Positions 38,801-51,441 of a stretch of DNA of 64,000 nt are shown here, piece by piece. The notes below the pieces were generated by a model. It was given only the letters and a program-made list of their open reading frames with translations, was not told the origin of the DNA and did not search any database. The stretch covers positions 9,854,587 to 9,918,586 of the forward strand of contig CM120648.1 of the NCBI GenBank assembly GCA_051362555.1, written 5' to 3'. The stretch comes from Lingula anatina. Taxonomy: Eukaryota; Animalia; Brachiopoda. A program made the position numbers and the translations under genes. Every line of letters begins with the position of its first letter. Within the stretch, counting starts at the first letter, position 1.

Positions 38801-39887
38801 ACAATTTCTTCTTTCGCCATATGGGGACCCCTAAAATGCTCACTAAAAACCATAAAAAATCTATAAAGAATTTAAACCTACGCCCTCGGCTTCCTTGAGG
38901 ACGGCGACAGTGGTGTCTGGGTCCTGGACCTCGGTCTTGTCAAGAGAATCCACATAGCAAACCTTCTGCTTGGGGAATATCATCACGGTCAGGTTCTGCA
39001 AGAATTTAGATTAGGCAATTTTGTAAAGAAAATAATTTCATCACCTGGGATATGGGGCCATTGTTACAGTAAACGTTTTTTTTTTTTTAATCTCCCCGAA
39101 GAAAGTGTATTTTTAGATACTGACAGATTGGAGTTGTACTTATTGATTCGCTGTTGTTTGAAAACAGCAATTTCGTATAGTAGCATTAACCATTATAGAA
39201 TAAATAAAAGGGAGCGTTTTCAGATAGGTATTAGAAAATATGGCTTGGTCGTGAATTAAAACAATTGCCGGTCAGAAGCGAAAAATAATCAATTAGTTCA
39301 TTTATTCATCCCTTAGTACGTAGTGTTGTTTTCACTTACATTTTTGACGTCGTGGATAAATTTGGACTTGTCCACAAAGTTATTATTGTTATTGCTTTAC
39401 AGAAAATTAAACTTACGTTCTTGAAGTCATGGATGAATTCGGATTCGTCCACCTGGTTGTGTTGAGGGACGTAGTAACTGACCAGTTTCCTGCTCTGGTC
39501 AACGTTAACCTTCTCCTGGACCAAGACGCCTTTCTCATGAGCGTGAACATTGAAATGCTGTCGAAAATATTTTTATTATTCTTTTGCAGCTTTTACTTAA
39601 CCATTTCATAAAATAATAATAAAAAACTATGATTTAAGTTGACCTGACTAAAAGAATCATATTTCATTTTCTTTAGCAGAATTAATAAAGCACGAAGAAC
39701 GCAGTGTCTTATTTTAATAGCTTATTTTTCCTTTGAAATCAAGTAACCAAAGACTAATTATGTCTGATGCCCAAAAGAGAGGAGGAACGTTTCGATGGTG
39801 ATTACTCACGTGCTTTCCGGGGACTTGTTTCACCTTCATGGGTTTACCCTGGGCGTGCGGTGGTGGTACCACGAACGCAGCGACGAC

Positions 39888-39941
<54 letters not shown>

Positions 39942-39962
39942 AAGAACAATCATAGTCTTCAT
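35878..39962 (-). CDS. BRICHOS-furin-Cys-rich secreted precursor, copy C (305 aa as assembled; poly-Phe expansion in signal peptide)
   Basis: Exons 39962-39810, 39557-39417, 38995-38882, 38334-38172, 36672-36494, 36045-35878; in frame. DGSRKKR-EIPALPVIEDDSCNMC...VHKFYNVNGCKLCCDMNHQVYIPPVPQIGYSGGNITCSKMMANRATSSYPNCRGL*. A 52-nt T run (39889-39940) lies in coding exon 1. Confidence 0.82.
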
Positions 39963-40337
39963 CTAGAATAAAAATAGTTGTAAATAATTGATATCTTGCA
40001 AAAAGATAGAAAATGGATGGAATACCCAATACGTTCAGCAAAGCTGCCAAAAACTAAAATATTTTTTAGAAAATTAACCTCTAACAATAAACTTCAAGAA
40101 GGAATTACTGGACAAACTTCAAAAATGCGCTGGTGATCAAAGTATGTCGAAATGACATCTTTGTTATTTACTGTATAAAATTGGAAATGTTAATAGTTGC
40201 GCTGTCTTGTTTATTTAAGCACATCGGGGCCTACTGACGTTCAAATTATAAACACAATACAGTGCAGCGGACTATTTATCATTATTATGTTCGAACTTTT
40301 TTAAAAATGTCCTTACCCATGAGAAAATAATCCCTAC

Positions 40338-40820
40338 GTCTGTACTCTGTTTTAAGTCTTCTTAGTTTTACGCTTGGGTAGCAGTCGATAAGTTAAGATC
40401 AATAGATGCCGTGGATCGAACGCCGAAGGTTTAAATATATGTATGCTTTATATCAGGAAGACTCAACCAATCAGATTCAAGTCTAGGATAACTCACCAAG
40501 GTCTTATTTTGGGACATGTTAAATGCTATTGGCATTGCGGTCTTATCATATCTTTTTTTTTCTGAAAATAGCTTCTATATCTGAATGACATGAGTGTTTT
40601 TATCAAACGAAACGTCCAGGAAAGGTGGAAGTTACTGGACGAAATGACCCCCTGGTTGAAAGTAAAGATAATGCCTCTTTATATTTGTTGCAGTACCTGT
40701 ATACCAGGAAGCGTAAAGTTCATCACCATGTTGATTTTCTAAAATTATATAAAACGGTTTGTCTTCAGTGACTTAGGGGACACATGCACTAGTACCTCCC
40801 TGTATCTGTGTCGTTCGTAA
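40338..40820 (-). promoter_or_regulatory. Non-coding exon 1 and conserved promoter of BRICHOS copy C
   Basis: Donor GAC|GTAGGG at 40338; TATTTAAA at 40437-40430; CCAATCAGA, CCAAGGTC and CTTATC motifs at positions shared with the other copies. Confidence 0.7.
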
Positions 40821-41213
40821 AAACAGTGTTATATATAGCCTTTCACATGTAGCACACGTATAGCTTTTCAAGGTTCTCACAGAAGAAAATGTAAGACATT
40901 TTTAGCACTAGTGTTACAGATTTAGCGATGTGTTAAGCTTCACCGACATAAGACTAAGTTTATCATAAGGCTATACACATTGGCTAAGCTCTTCCCTTGC
41001 TAAGCGCGTGGAGCTGCTAAACGCGTGGAACTGCTTAACGCTGGAAGCAGCCTGCTCGGACACTTAGTGGACTTCCTTGCAACAACTTGTTACTATTCTA
41101 AATATACATTGTAGCAGGGAAGCAATGGCTAAAACCCCCATACGAGCCTAGGCCTGGGCCACGTGTTCGGTCTACTGTGGTATAAAGGTGTATTTCTATT
41201 CTGATTCCTTATT

Positions 41214-41369
41214 CAGGCCTACCCAACTAACAGACTCGGCACCTACGGATCCAGAAATGATCCCTACCTCTGAAATGATCTTGAAACACCTTGAAAACGG
41301 GTAGTGTGGTCTGATATACCGGTTCTTTCTGGATCCGTAGGTGCCGAGTCTGGTAGTTGGTTAGGCCTG
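41214..41369. mobile_element. 156-bp hairpin MITE with 5-bp target duplication
   Basis: ~44-bp TIR CAGGCCTACCCAACTAACAGACTCGGCACCTACGGATCCAGAAA and its near-perfect complement; TTATT at 41209-41213 and 41370-41374. Confidence 0.8.
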
Positions 41370-41949
41370 TTATTAATGTCTTCAACTATATGTTTTTACT
41401 TTAGACCATGATAACTGGTAAGTAGAAAGCATTACATTCATAGGCAGATATATAGGATTTTGGAAAGGGTGGGTTCCAACCTCCAGAAATTAGAATAACA
41501 ACTTAAAAGAGGTCCTCACTTCCAAAATTTAGATAAACTTGAGAAGCCATTCATTTTTGAAGATGTGGTCGCCAGCATCCACCTTTATCGGATGACCTTG
41601 TGGTTATGCCCCTATTTCACACAGACCACGATTCCCACGAATCGCCAGGAATTGACAAATTTCAGGATTCATGAGGATTCGTGAGATTTAGCAAATTTTC
41701 TGGCCTAATTCGATACGCTCTACGATTCAGTTACGGTACAGGTGCGATAGTGTTACGAATATTCATGGGATTCGGCTGGAATCGCAGGAATATTGTCAAG
41801 AATTCACTACGAATAATTGAAGAAAGAAGAGGCAGAACTATTGACCAGGGCACACTAAGACGAGTTTCTGAGGAAAAGTTTTATCCGTTTTATTATAGAT
41901 CCTTCATAGCCGAAGAATTCAAAGTTTTTTTTGTGATAAAACCCTAAGC

Positions 41950-43265
41950 GATTGAATCGAAGCATTAGCCAAACCGATTTGTATTAAGAGGCGAGTATTC
42001 ATGTGTGTCACAGTATTCAAGTAAATCGAAAATGTGTATTCTCCCCTATTAATCTGCCCGCCACAAATCAATTTTGGTCTTCATTTATTAATATTGGCAG
42101 TTCTTTTTTATGCGATTCGTTATACATGCTAAGGAAAATTAATACACAACATTAAGAAGGGATAATGGCTAACAATTTTTAATGAATTGGTAGTTTTTTT
42201 GTTGTTGTTTTGGTAGAAGAACAATAATACTATAACACCGCAGTGTTATACAATTTGTTTCAGCCTTTAAATCACATTTACAATCACGGAAGAGAAGCTT
42301 CCTCGCGATCGAGAATCGCGTTTTGTTTTTCAGTAACAATTTGACCGTTAATCTGTAACCAGCTCAGTTACTGACTTATTTGTAAAGCTGTGATTCTCCA
42401 ATGCAAAAGGGTATTTTGATGGTTTATCTCCATATTCAATCCACCTTGCTTTTGATATCTTTTATACCATGCGTACTTTTATTTTTCTTATATTTTCCAA
42501 TTTCATCTTTTCTTGTTTATCATTTCAAGAATTTCTTTTTGCCTAATTTTTAAGATCATTTTCTAGGTCATGTATGATAGTTTCTAATTGTATTTTCTCG
42601 GACTTTCTTTTCTTTTTTTTTTATCCTAGCACCAAGGGCAATCGTTTCCCCCTAATGCTTATAACAATAGCTTCCAGAAATACCCCATACCCCATCACTT
42701 ATAGTTAATTGAAGAGTACATGTATGTCTGTCAATAGTCAGTATATTTCCTCTATTATAGGGCTCTGCTGCGCAATCTAATATATTTTCTTTTATCTCTT
42801 TTAGCATTCCGGCATACTCTCTTTCACATAAGTAGGAGTTATTGAATTTCTAAAGCCCCTTTCCATGATAAAATTTTCTTTTGAGCTGTTAGACCAAAGT
42901 AATTATTGAGTAGTCGCTCTTACACTCTGGAATAATCTGACAATATATTCTTGGTCAAGTTTGTAATTGTTGTAAAAACAATAAAATGATCTATCTTGTA
43001 TGTTTGAAAGGAGTAGGATGCCGTCATGTATATTTTATTGCCTAACGTCCTTATGCATTTCCCTCCAAATGCCATACCAGTTATGTATGTCCATTAGGGC
43101 GTAAAGCTGATTAAAGGTTTTATGCTTATATTAAAATGTATCATTTTCTTGTTTTATACTAAATTAAGGTCCCCGCATATAATACGATCATGATTTCCAA
43201 AATTCATTATTATCTCACGTATTAAAAAAAAAAACTCAGGAGAATCATTATTAGGGCCATACAGG
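41950..43265 (-). mobile_element. Degenerate L1/Tx1-like LINE ORF2 fragment (APE endonuclease region)
   Basis: Minus strand reads YGPNNDSP (~43261-43238) and IICGDLNLV (~43183-43157), typical endonuclease motifs, followed by stop-riddled A-rich sequence. The left boundary is approximate. Confidence 0.65.
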
Positions 43266-43676
43266 TTTACGGATGAAATGTTTTTGTCTTCTGTTATCAT
43301 AATGATTCATATAAGGAGCAATGAAATTTCTACCAGTTGGAAAAACGTTTATTTTGTTTTGGCAAATATCCAAATCAGCACAGGTCACACTTGTACGACA
43401 AAAATTCATTTTAATTGTATTTACCTTTGAGTTCGGCTCACTCATCAAAAATTAGAAAGACGCTATCTGCAATACTAAATTAACGTTTTGTTACGTTAAA
43501 AGAACGCCAACGACATTATGATTATAGTGCAGTAGAATAGGTTGCTAAAGATGTATCGTCACATTCACTGGTTAATTTTGAAGTAATGCCAGTGCTCTTT
43601 TCTAAACAATTCTTCATTATATCGTATGTGGTAATTAGAGAAAATTTTGAGGCTTATTTCCCCAAGTTTACTGTCC

Positions 43677-46600
43677 TCAGCAGTTTGGATAGGCAGATTT
43701 TGGCAGTGTGGCAATGGCTTCGCTGCATTTGATGTGTCCACCGGGAAATCCTGGCATTGGTGGGTAGTACAGCTGGTGGTTCATATCGCAACATGTCGTG
43801 CATTTAAGGACGTCGGAGAATTTATGTATCTGGAGCAATAAACAATTGGAACGTTATCAAGAGAATGTATACAAATGTTTACTGCTGGTTTACCATATAA
43901 ATGTGACTGGGGGGATTGAATGGGATTGACTGGAGGGGATTTCGATCCGCAAAGTTTTTGGATTGGACTCCAAAATAAATGGGTTCAGGTCAAAGCAAGT
44001 ATTAGCGCCCTCGGTTAATAAGTTTCTATTTTTCTCTTACGAATAACAACCACCCGTCATTATCTCACAAATGTGCCCAAAAATCTCGGAACTTAGAACC
44101 CAAATCGTGCTGCTGTACAGTTTTAGATATGAAAAAATTAATGATGACGAGAAAATGTTGCAAAATACAGGAAAATAAACAATTGCGTATTTTTGTTTTG
44201 TAAATATGACATTTTTTATGGTGGCTGATTCGGGACGTCGTAATATCGATTCGTTTAATGGGACGCGATTTTGCGATACCACGATAGCAGGATGCGATAT
44301 CAGGATAGCAGGATGCGATACCACGATAGCACGATGCGATATCACGATAGCACGATGCGAAATCACGACAGCACGATGCGATACCACGATAGCACGATGC
44401 GATACCACGCTTTCACGATGCGATATCACGATGGGATACTACGATAGCACGATGTCCCGAATCAGCCACCATTCATTTTAGCCTACCTCTTGTTTCTTTG
44501 AACAGTCTGGAATTTGACCTCCATATTTGCTGTCAACCATATCGCACATAACAATGAATTGACAGCTGCGACCCGAGACGACACACTGTACCTTTCTGCA
44601 CGGTTCGCAGGAATCGCCCTCGATGATGCTCATGGCGGTGGGTTTACTAGATCTCTTCTTACGGTTTTTGTCTACAAATTGAATGGACAAAACTAAATTA
44701 CAGACATAAACATGTGTATATATACTATACTTTGTTTGCAGGAAACACTGCCACCAATGCTCACCCCAGATGTCAATGAAGGCACCTATAAGTCACCTAA
44801 CAAAGGTTCTTCTATTATAAGCAGAAATTAACTAAGTTCAGATATTGTGAATTCACAATTTAGTTTTAATCAGACAGAAAAAAGACAAGAGATGCATTCT
44901 TTGTCACCCGAATTCAAATGGAAAGATCAGTAGAAGCCCAGAGAGATCTATAAACGTGTTTCATAGATTATTCAAAGGTATTTGAGTAAAACACGAAGAA
45001 TTTTTCAAAATATCAGCACAGTTGAACCAAGATGGCAAAGGCCTAAGGGATTCTTTAACTCCAGGAACATGAAGCAGCAATCAGATAGACGGTGAAAGCA
45101 GTGAATTCAAACCAATCTGTACACGAGTGATATAGAAATGAGCGTTGTCACCCGATCTCTTTAACATCTACACTGAAATGATTCTCCGCATCATTTATGA
45201 TCATGATCTATGATCATAATTGGCAGAATATCAACAACAGATCGGCTAAAATAAGGTCCTATATAAGTCCGATGTGGGATAATGCAGCGGGGTTTGCTGA
45301 TAGTAGGCCACAAAATGGGCAACGTTTTTAGAGATTAAAAGTTTCGAAAATTAAAATCCAGCCAATCTTCATAAGCACTAAATTTATTCCAAATAGGGTA
45401 AAATATTACAGGTGTATATAGGCTCAAATATGTAGATTCAACAACAGACCGCTATGTACACAAAGTACCCATGAAATAGACTAGCCAATATGAAACCAAT
45501 CAGGGACCCAGATTAGACCACAGATTGCAACCTCTTCCCAGATCTGCCCAGCAAGCCCACTAGTGAATTGTACATGTACAGGCATCAATTAACATATTTG
45601 CGGCGAAATGTGTCCAGTAATAATAAATATATTTATGTGTGTGTTTGTGGGTGTGGTTGGAATATTTCCAATAAATGCAGATGTAACCTTATCACTGTAA
45701 CGAAAAAAATGTGCTACACGTGCATATTGCTTTAAGAGAAGATATGCTGTGCTGAACATTATTTTGCTACTCTCTGAATACCTTTTCTCTAGAAAAATGT
45801 AACAAGTTTCTTAGTTTTGCAAAGTTCATACACGACAATTCTGAAGAGCGCATTTCATATTAAATGTCAAGTCTGTAAAATGCCAAAAGTGTTTTCCATA
45901 CGTAATTGTCTTTGTGTTGTGTCAACCGTGTAAAACTCTTTTTTAGATATCAAAATAAACACGAAAACCAGGCATAGCCTACCTAACTAATTTCACCGGT
46001 TCTGTCATACCTTTTTCGTCAACGCTGAAGCTCTCCATCATCTTCTTAGCTCTGAAGGTGGCAAAGTTCCTGCACTTGGGGATAAGATCCTCTGGCAGGA
46101 GGCTCTCTGGCTTCTGCGGGGTTCCCTCAATGCTGTAATCGCTGGCCTGAATGCCTGCAACTGGCATATCTCCCTTAAAAGGAAAGTTTTTGGTAATTCA
46201 CGTATAATTTTGATTTCTTAGTACTTGGTGTAATTTTGACCACACATAGCGCCTCTATAAAAACGTATGTATTGAATGTAAAGCTAGCAGAATGCGATTA
46301 TCTGTCACTTTTGTACTGTAGATATAATGCAAGGCTGACACTTGCACGACTTTTATCCCCGATTTTGTCGTGGCAAGGCGTGCCATTTTGGGGCACGAAG
46401 TGGGAGGCTCCCGCACTGTTCCCGACTAGTTCACGCATAGTTCACGACGAGTTCACGGCGAGCTAACGAATAGTTTACAAATACGTGCCCACATTGACAC
46501 GAACTGCCACGTCAAGTACGCGCATAGTTTGCGCATGGTTTACGCACTTCCCGCATTGGCACGACGGGTTTGAGCAATTTGGACGGTGCCGTGCCGACTT

Positions 46601-48012
46601 CGGTACGCAATATACGTGAACTGATCGTGAACTATGCGTGGCAGTTCGTATCAGTCGTGGCATGCCTCGTACTGCCACGTACTGGCACACATCCTCCCGC
46701 ATCGTCCCGTCGTGTTCACGACGAGTCACGAACAGTTTGCGCATAGTTCACGACTCTGTCGCGAAATTATGTCGTGGCCAAACATTTCAAAATTCTCGTC
46801 CCGACATGGCACGTAGTCACGACGGGTTTACGCACACTTCTGTCTCTAAAGCAATTGTATGTTTACGAGCCAAATATGTTTATTTTTTTTGGCTTCACTC
46901 GATTCGCAAAATACCGGATCCACCATCGGAAGATTGGCTTGGGGAAGACTATTACTCACTTCTTCCTTCCCCATGTGGTCACCCCTGAAAAACGCTCGTC
47001 TACAACGAAAAAATACAAACTTAAAGACTTTAAACCTACGTCTTTCTCTGCCTCTTTAAAGGCGCTGACGGTTGTGTCTGGGTCTTGGACATCGGTCATG
47101 TCAAGAGGGGTGACGTAGCAAGCCTTCTGCTTGTAGAAGATCATCACAGTCAGTTTCTGCAAGATGTCAAAAAAGGCAAGTCTGTGAGCTGTTTTATGAT
47201 CCCACATTTACAATGTGTCTGAAATCTCCCCGGAAAAAAGTTTTTTGTTAGATTCTGATTCTGATTCTGGGTGTGGTAACTGCTGAATTGCTATTGTATG
47301 GAGAAAGCATGGTCGAAGCATTTGTTATTATACAACGGATACTACTCTTAGATAAAGTGAATTGCATTGTGAATTGAAGCAGTTGCTGACCGAAAACCAA
47401 CTAAAAAACTATAACTACAAAAACAATGCGGTTCTTTACTTATTTATTCAGCCTTAAGTCATAACGTAGTGTTGTTCTTAAAGTCGATGTTTGATGACTC
47501 CAAATAAATATACAAAAAGTTAATGCTTACGTTCTTGAAGTCATGGATGAATTCGGACTCGTCTACCTGGTTGTGTTGAGGGACGTAGTAACTGACCAGT
47601 TTCCTGTTCTGGTCAACATTAACCTTCTCCTGGACCAAGACGCCTTTCTCATGAGCGTGAACATTGAAATGCTGTCAAGAAAAAAAGTACATTGCAGCTG
47701 TTCCTTAACCATTTTAACAATAGAAAAGCTATTATTTAAGTTGGCCTGCCTTAGGGAAACATTGAATTGTATTTGCTGCTGTTAATAAAACACTGGAGCA
47801 CAGAAAACGTCTTTTTGTCACAGTTTCACCATTTTCTTTCACAAGCGAATAACAAATAGCCTAGTATATCTGACGATAGGAACGCCTAAATATCGACTAC
47901 TTACCTGTCTTCCGGGTACTTGGTTCACTTTCATGGGTTTACCCTGGGCGTTCGGTGGTGGAACGGCAACCGCAGCGACGACAAAAAGTGCAAGAACAAC
48001 CACAGTCTTCAT
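43677..48012 (-). CDS. BRICHOS-furin-Cys-rich secreted precursor, copy D (288 aa; most divergent mature domain among intact copies)
   Basis: Exons 48012-47905, 47671-47531, 47156-47040, 46173-46011, 44671-44487, 43829-43677; in frame. DKNRKKR-SSKPTAMSIIEGDSCEPCRKVQCVVSGRSCQFIVMCDMVDSKYGGQIPDCSKKQE-IHKFSDVLKCTTCCDMNHQLYYPPMPGFPGGHIKCSEAIATLPKSAYPNC*. Confidence 0.88.
44218..44472. mobile_element. TIR element with internal 21-bp tandem repeats
   Basis: ATGGTGGCTGATTCGGGAC ... GTCCCGAATCAGCCACCAT enclosing about 8 copies of GCACGATGCGATA(C/T)CACGATA; explains the repetitive ORFs 44037-44429 and 44206-44481. Confidence 0.8.
44880..45240 (+). mobile_element. Non-LTR retrotransposon reverse-transcriptase fragment (RTE-like)
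   Basis: DYSKVF (~44967) and LSPDLFNIYTEMILR (45145-45189) resemble non-LTR RT motifs; frame is broken. Confidence 0.55.
46330..46835. mobile_element. GC-rich repeat insertion, probably a truncated MITE, in an intron of copy D
   Basis: CpG-rich block with repeated CACGAC/GTCGTG motifs; absent from homologous introns of the other copies. Confidence 0.5.
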
Positions 48013-48820
48013 CTGAAATAAAAAGTAATCGAAAATATGATTAACCCATTATATCTTGCTAAAAATAGAAAATGGATAGAATTTTATTATATTTATTATC
48101 TTCCAAATATTCTATCATTATGATGAAATTTTTAAAATATCTGTCAAGATAATATTTGATGTTTTTTTCAGTAATTCGATCCATATACATTTAGTTGGCT
48201 AGAGTTGTGTACTTTGAGCAGCTCATCTGAGCACAATGACAGGCCATGTGTACAGACGCAGCGCATGCGCTGTAGCAAAACAAATTGCAAATTGCAACAA
48301 ACTGCAAAAACTAGTTGAATCAGTGCCTCGAAAAAATGATGAAAAAATGATTGTAAACGACCCAGCAGTGCCTTCGGATGACTGTCATTCTACGTTGTTC
48401 CTTTAACATGACATTTGTTTTCACCCATAAGTTGTCATTCATTTGCCAAATATAAATTCGAATACAATGAGTGTACAGCTATTGATTTTTTTTATCATTT
48501 TGAAGCAATATATCTTACGATTTAATTTGGACACGAGCAAAACTGCCAAATATAAAAAGACATTTAATTAATTTTATAACTTCTTACAATAATTATCAAG
48601 AAAGAATTACTCGCCAAATAAAAAATATGCTTTGGCGATGAGGATGTCGGAATAGCCACATTGTTAATTATTGTATAAAAACGGAAAACTCTATAGTTGA
48701 GCTCTCTTTTTTATTAAGCACATTTATGACGTTCAAATATACCCACAAGTATACCGGACTCTTACAATTAACTATTACCTATTTTCAAATGTATACACCA
48801 ATGACAAAAATGATCCCTAC

Positions 48821-49320
48821 CTCTGCACTCTGTTTTAAGTCTTCTTAGTTTTACGCTTGCGTAGCAGTCAATAATTAAATATCAATAGATGTCGTGGAAC
48901 GAACACCAGGGGTTTACATTTATACCTTGTATCGGGAAGTCTTTCAACCAATCAGATTCAAGTCCGGAAAAACTCACCAAGATCATGATAGGTGACATGA
49001 TAAATGCTGTTGGCATTGCAGCCTTATCGTCTCTCTCTTCTAAGAAAAGCGTCTATATCTGAATGACATGAATGTTTAAGCAAACAAAATGCACCTGGTG
49101 GGTAATAGTTACCGGACAAACTGGCCCCTGGTTGAAAGTAAAGATATTGCCCCTTTATGTTTGTTGCAGTACCTGTATACCAGGAAGCTTAAAGTTCAAG
49201 ACCATGTTGATTTTCTAAAATTATAGAAACGGTTAGTCTGAAATGACTTACGGGACACATGCACTAGTGTCCCCTGTATCTGGGTCGTTCGTACTCTCCG
49301 ATCACAGGAGAAGCTGTTGT
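48821..49320 (-). promoter_or_regulatory. Non-coding exon 1 and conserved promoter of BRICHOS copy D
   Basis: Donor GAG|GTAGGG at 48821; TATAAAT on - near 48924-48918; CCAATCAGA, CCAAGATCA and CTTATC motifs aligned with copies B and C. Confidence 0.7.
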
Positions 49321-50607
49321 CTTGTTAGATATAAAATTTGAAAAAGTGTTAGATGATAATTATTAAATTGGAAAGCGATAGATCTGTATTTTTAACTTAA
49401 TTATGCAAAGGAAATGATTTTTCTGGATATTTCAAGTTGTTTGCCTTCACACCCCGCAAATACATGTGTAAGAAAATAAAAAAATAAAATAAAATAATAA
49501 AAATGAAAATAAAAAATATATTCAAAAGCGACATTAGTACATTGTATCAGAGATATTCGTACTCTCTGACCACAGGAGTCGCTGTTTCAGCCAGTTACAA
49601 GAAAATGCTAGAATATATATTGCAAAGTAATAGTGATCTACAGACTTAAAATTTTACAGGGTTCTAAATTTTAAGCACTCCTGTAATCTATGTATATAGG
49701 GCCTACTCACTTGGGAAATAAGTGTCACCAGTAATGCAATGCGTAAAATGATATAGAAAATCACGTTTTTTATTTAATGTTTTTTATTTAATTTTTAAAA
49801 GCATTTTCCATAAAAATTTTACTGATAACATGAATAAGCTTACGATAAAAAATTTAGGATCGTACGTCCCCTGCGAATGCTGGGTGCAGTAGAGGCCGTG
49901 GAGGTCATAAAGGTAGAGGCAAGGCATTGGTCGCAATCAGTCGTATGGTCTGTTTGTGCCCAAATATATGAAAATTGAGCTGTTCAAGTTGTACAATCGA
50001 CAATCACTGCCAAAACTCGAGCGTTCGCCTTGAGTACGCCTTTTATACTCCTGGCATGGGGGCTAGACCCCCCCACCCGGTGTGTTCGATTACGTGCGTA
50101 AGTTATGCGGGCATTCCCCGTTCTCAACATACAAAGGGTACTTGCTACTTCATTGCTTGGTACGAGCGTCTTATAATAATTATTTATTGAGCACGAAGAA
50201 ATGGTTCACATTTACAGGCTTTCTAACTAATACTAATATAAAATAATAATTTAAGTAGTTAACTATGCTCATCCACGCAGGGATACACGCTTTTTAATTG
50301 CACGGTTTACAAATTTACATATGGCGCTCACACTCTGAGCAGAGAGTGGATTGAGTAAAATAGGCGCATGTAGTTTACTGTCTGTAGGACCCTGCAAGTT
50401 CATATCTGGTATGCAGGCGAACAGTATTTCCTGTTATGTAACGTTTTTTTCACGGAACCTTTAAAAATAGCACGCCTCACTTGTGAACTCCTTTCAAACT
50501 CCTTGCGTGAGGAGCAAGGTAACTGTACACCTGCGGCCTCGTTGTTCGCCGGGCATGCCCAACATCCTCTGTACACGCTTACGGGCTGTCTGCGAACTCA
50601 AAGAAAC

Positions 50608-50825
50608 CATTCCCACAGATATTTAGATCGATCTATCCCCCTGGGGAGTCTCACTAGATTGCTGTCAGCTAAACTGGCTTAAATGTCTGTCCCGGCTTCT
50701 AAAAGCTGTAAGGGGTAATTAACTTTGTGTGCGCTCGGCTCCCGGAAGCTGGCAGCAATTTAGCGTGAAACCCCAGGGAGTTAGGTTGATCCCGATGGAT
50801 CGATCTAAATCTGTGAAAACCCAGT
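50608..50825. mobile_element. ~210-bp MITE family, copy 2
   Basis: Near-identical to 10914-11124; the paralogous spacer at ~35480-35510 lacks it. Confidence 0.75.
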
Positions 50826-51441
50826 CAAAATGTCGCAAGAAGGACTTTCGTGGCACGTGCGATTCTGCACTGCCGGTTGAGACCGAGACTTAATTCACAT
50901 ATGTGAAATAGAAAATTTGTCGTGTGGTAGCTTTTGAAATGTGCAGAAGGTATCCCAAAAATTGAAATCAAACAAATATTTTTGTCAAAGCTGTTCAAAT
51001 CTTGCCCAAAAGGAAACCTTGTTCTCTTTTATTAACAGTGCAAATGAAAATGGCCTTCAGTGCAGGAACAGTATATAGACGATTATATGACGAGCTACTA
51101 GACTGGTATTTCTTTTGTTTTGTTTCCCGTTGGGTCACGTCAGTTTTTGGCTGAAATTATAAGTTTAAATGATCTTTACATAGTAAAATAAAATAAAAGT
51201 CTGCAAAACTAAACGTTTTATTGTTTGAAAAGAACAGGTCAAAATCAGGAATAATGACATTGTTGTACAATATAGTAGATCGCTAACGATGTATAATCAC
51301 ATTCATTAGCTTATTTTAATGTCCAGATAACTCATAGGGTTTCTTTCCTAAATAATTAAGTTTCATCGAAGACAATATTTGAAGAAAAGTACGTCTCAGT
51401 CTTTAATTATTATTATTAATTTTTTTTTTTTGTTTCCAAAT

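Noticed and set aside
43677-43679. TGA in copy D as a selenocysteine codon
   Set aside because: It aligns with Arg, not Cys, in the paralogues, and I could not identify a SECIS element.
44037-44481. Repetitive ORFs (SHRAIVV / ARCDTTI heptads) suggesting a repeat protein or CRISPR-like array
   Set aside because: Contiguous 21-bp tandem repeats without unique spacers inside a TIR element, in an intron of a eukaryotic gene.
46236-46988. Cluster of GC-rich ORFs in an intron of copy D
   Set aside because: Open frames arise from a CpG-rich repeat insertion; no recognisable protein motifs.
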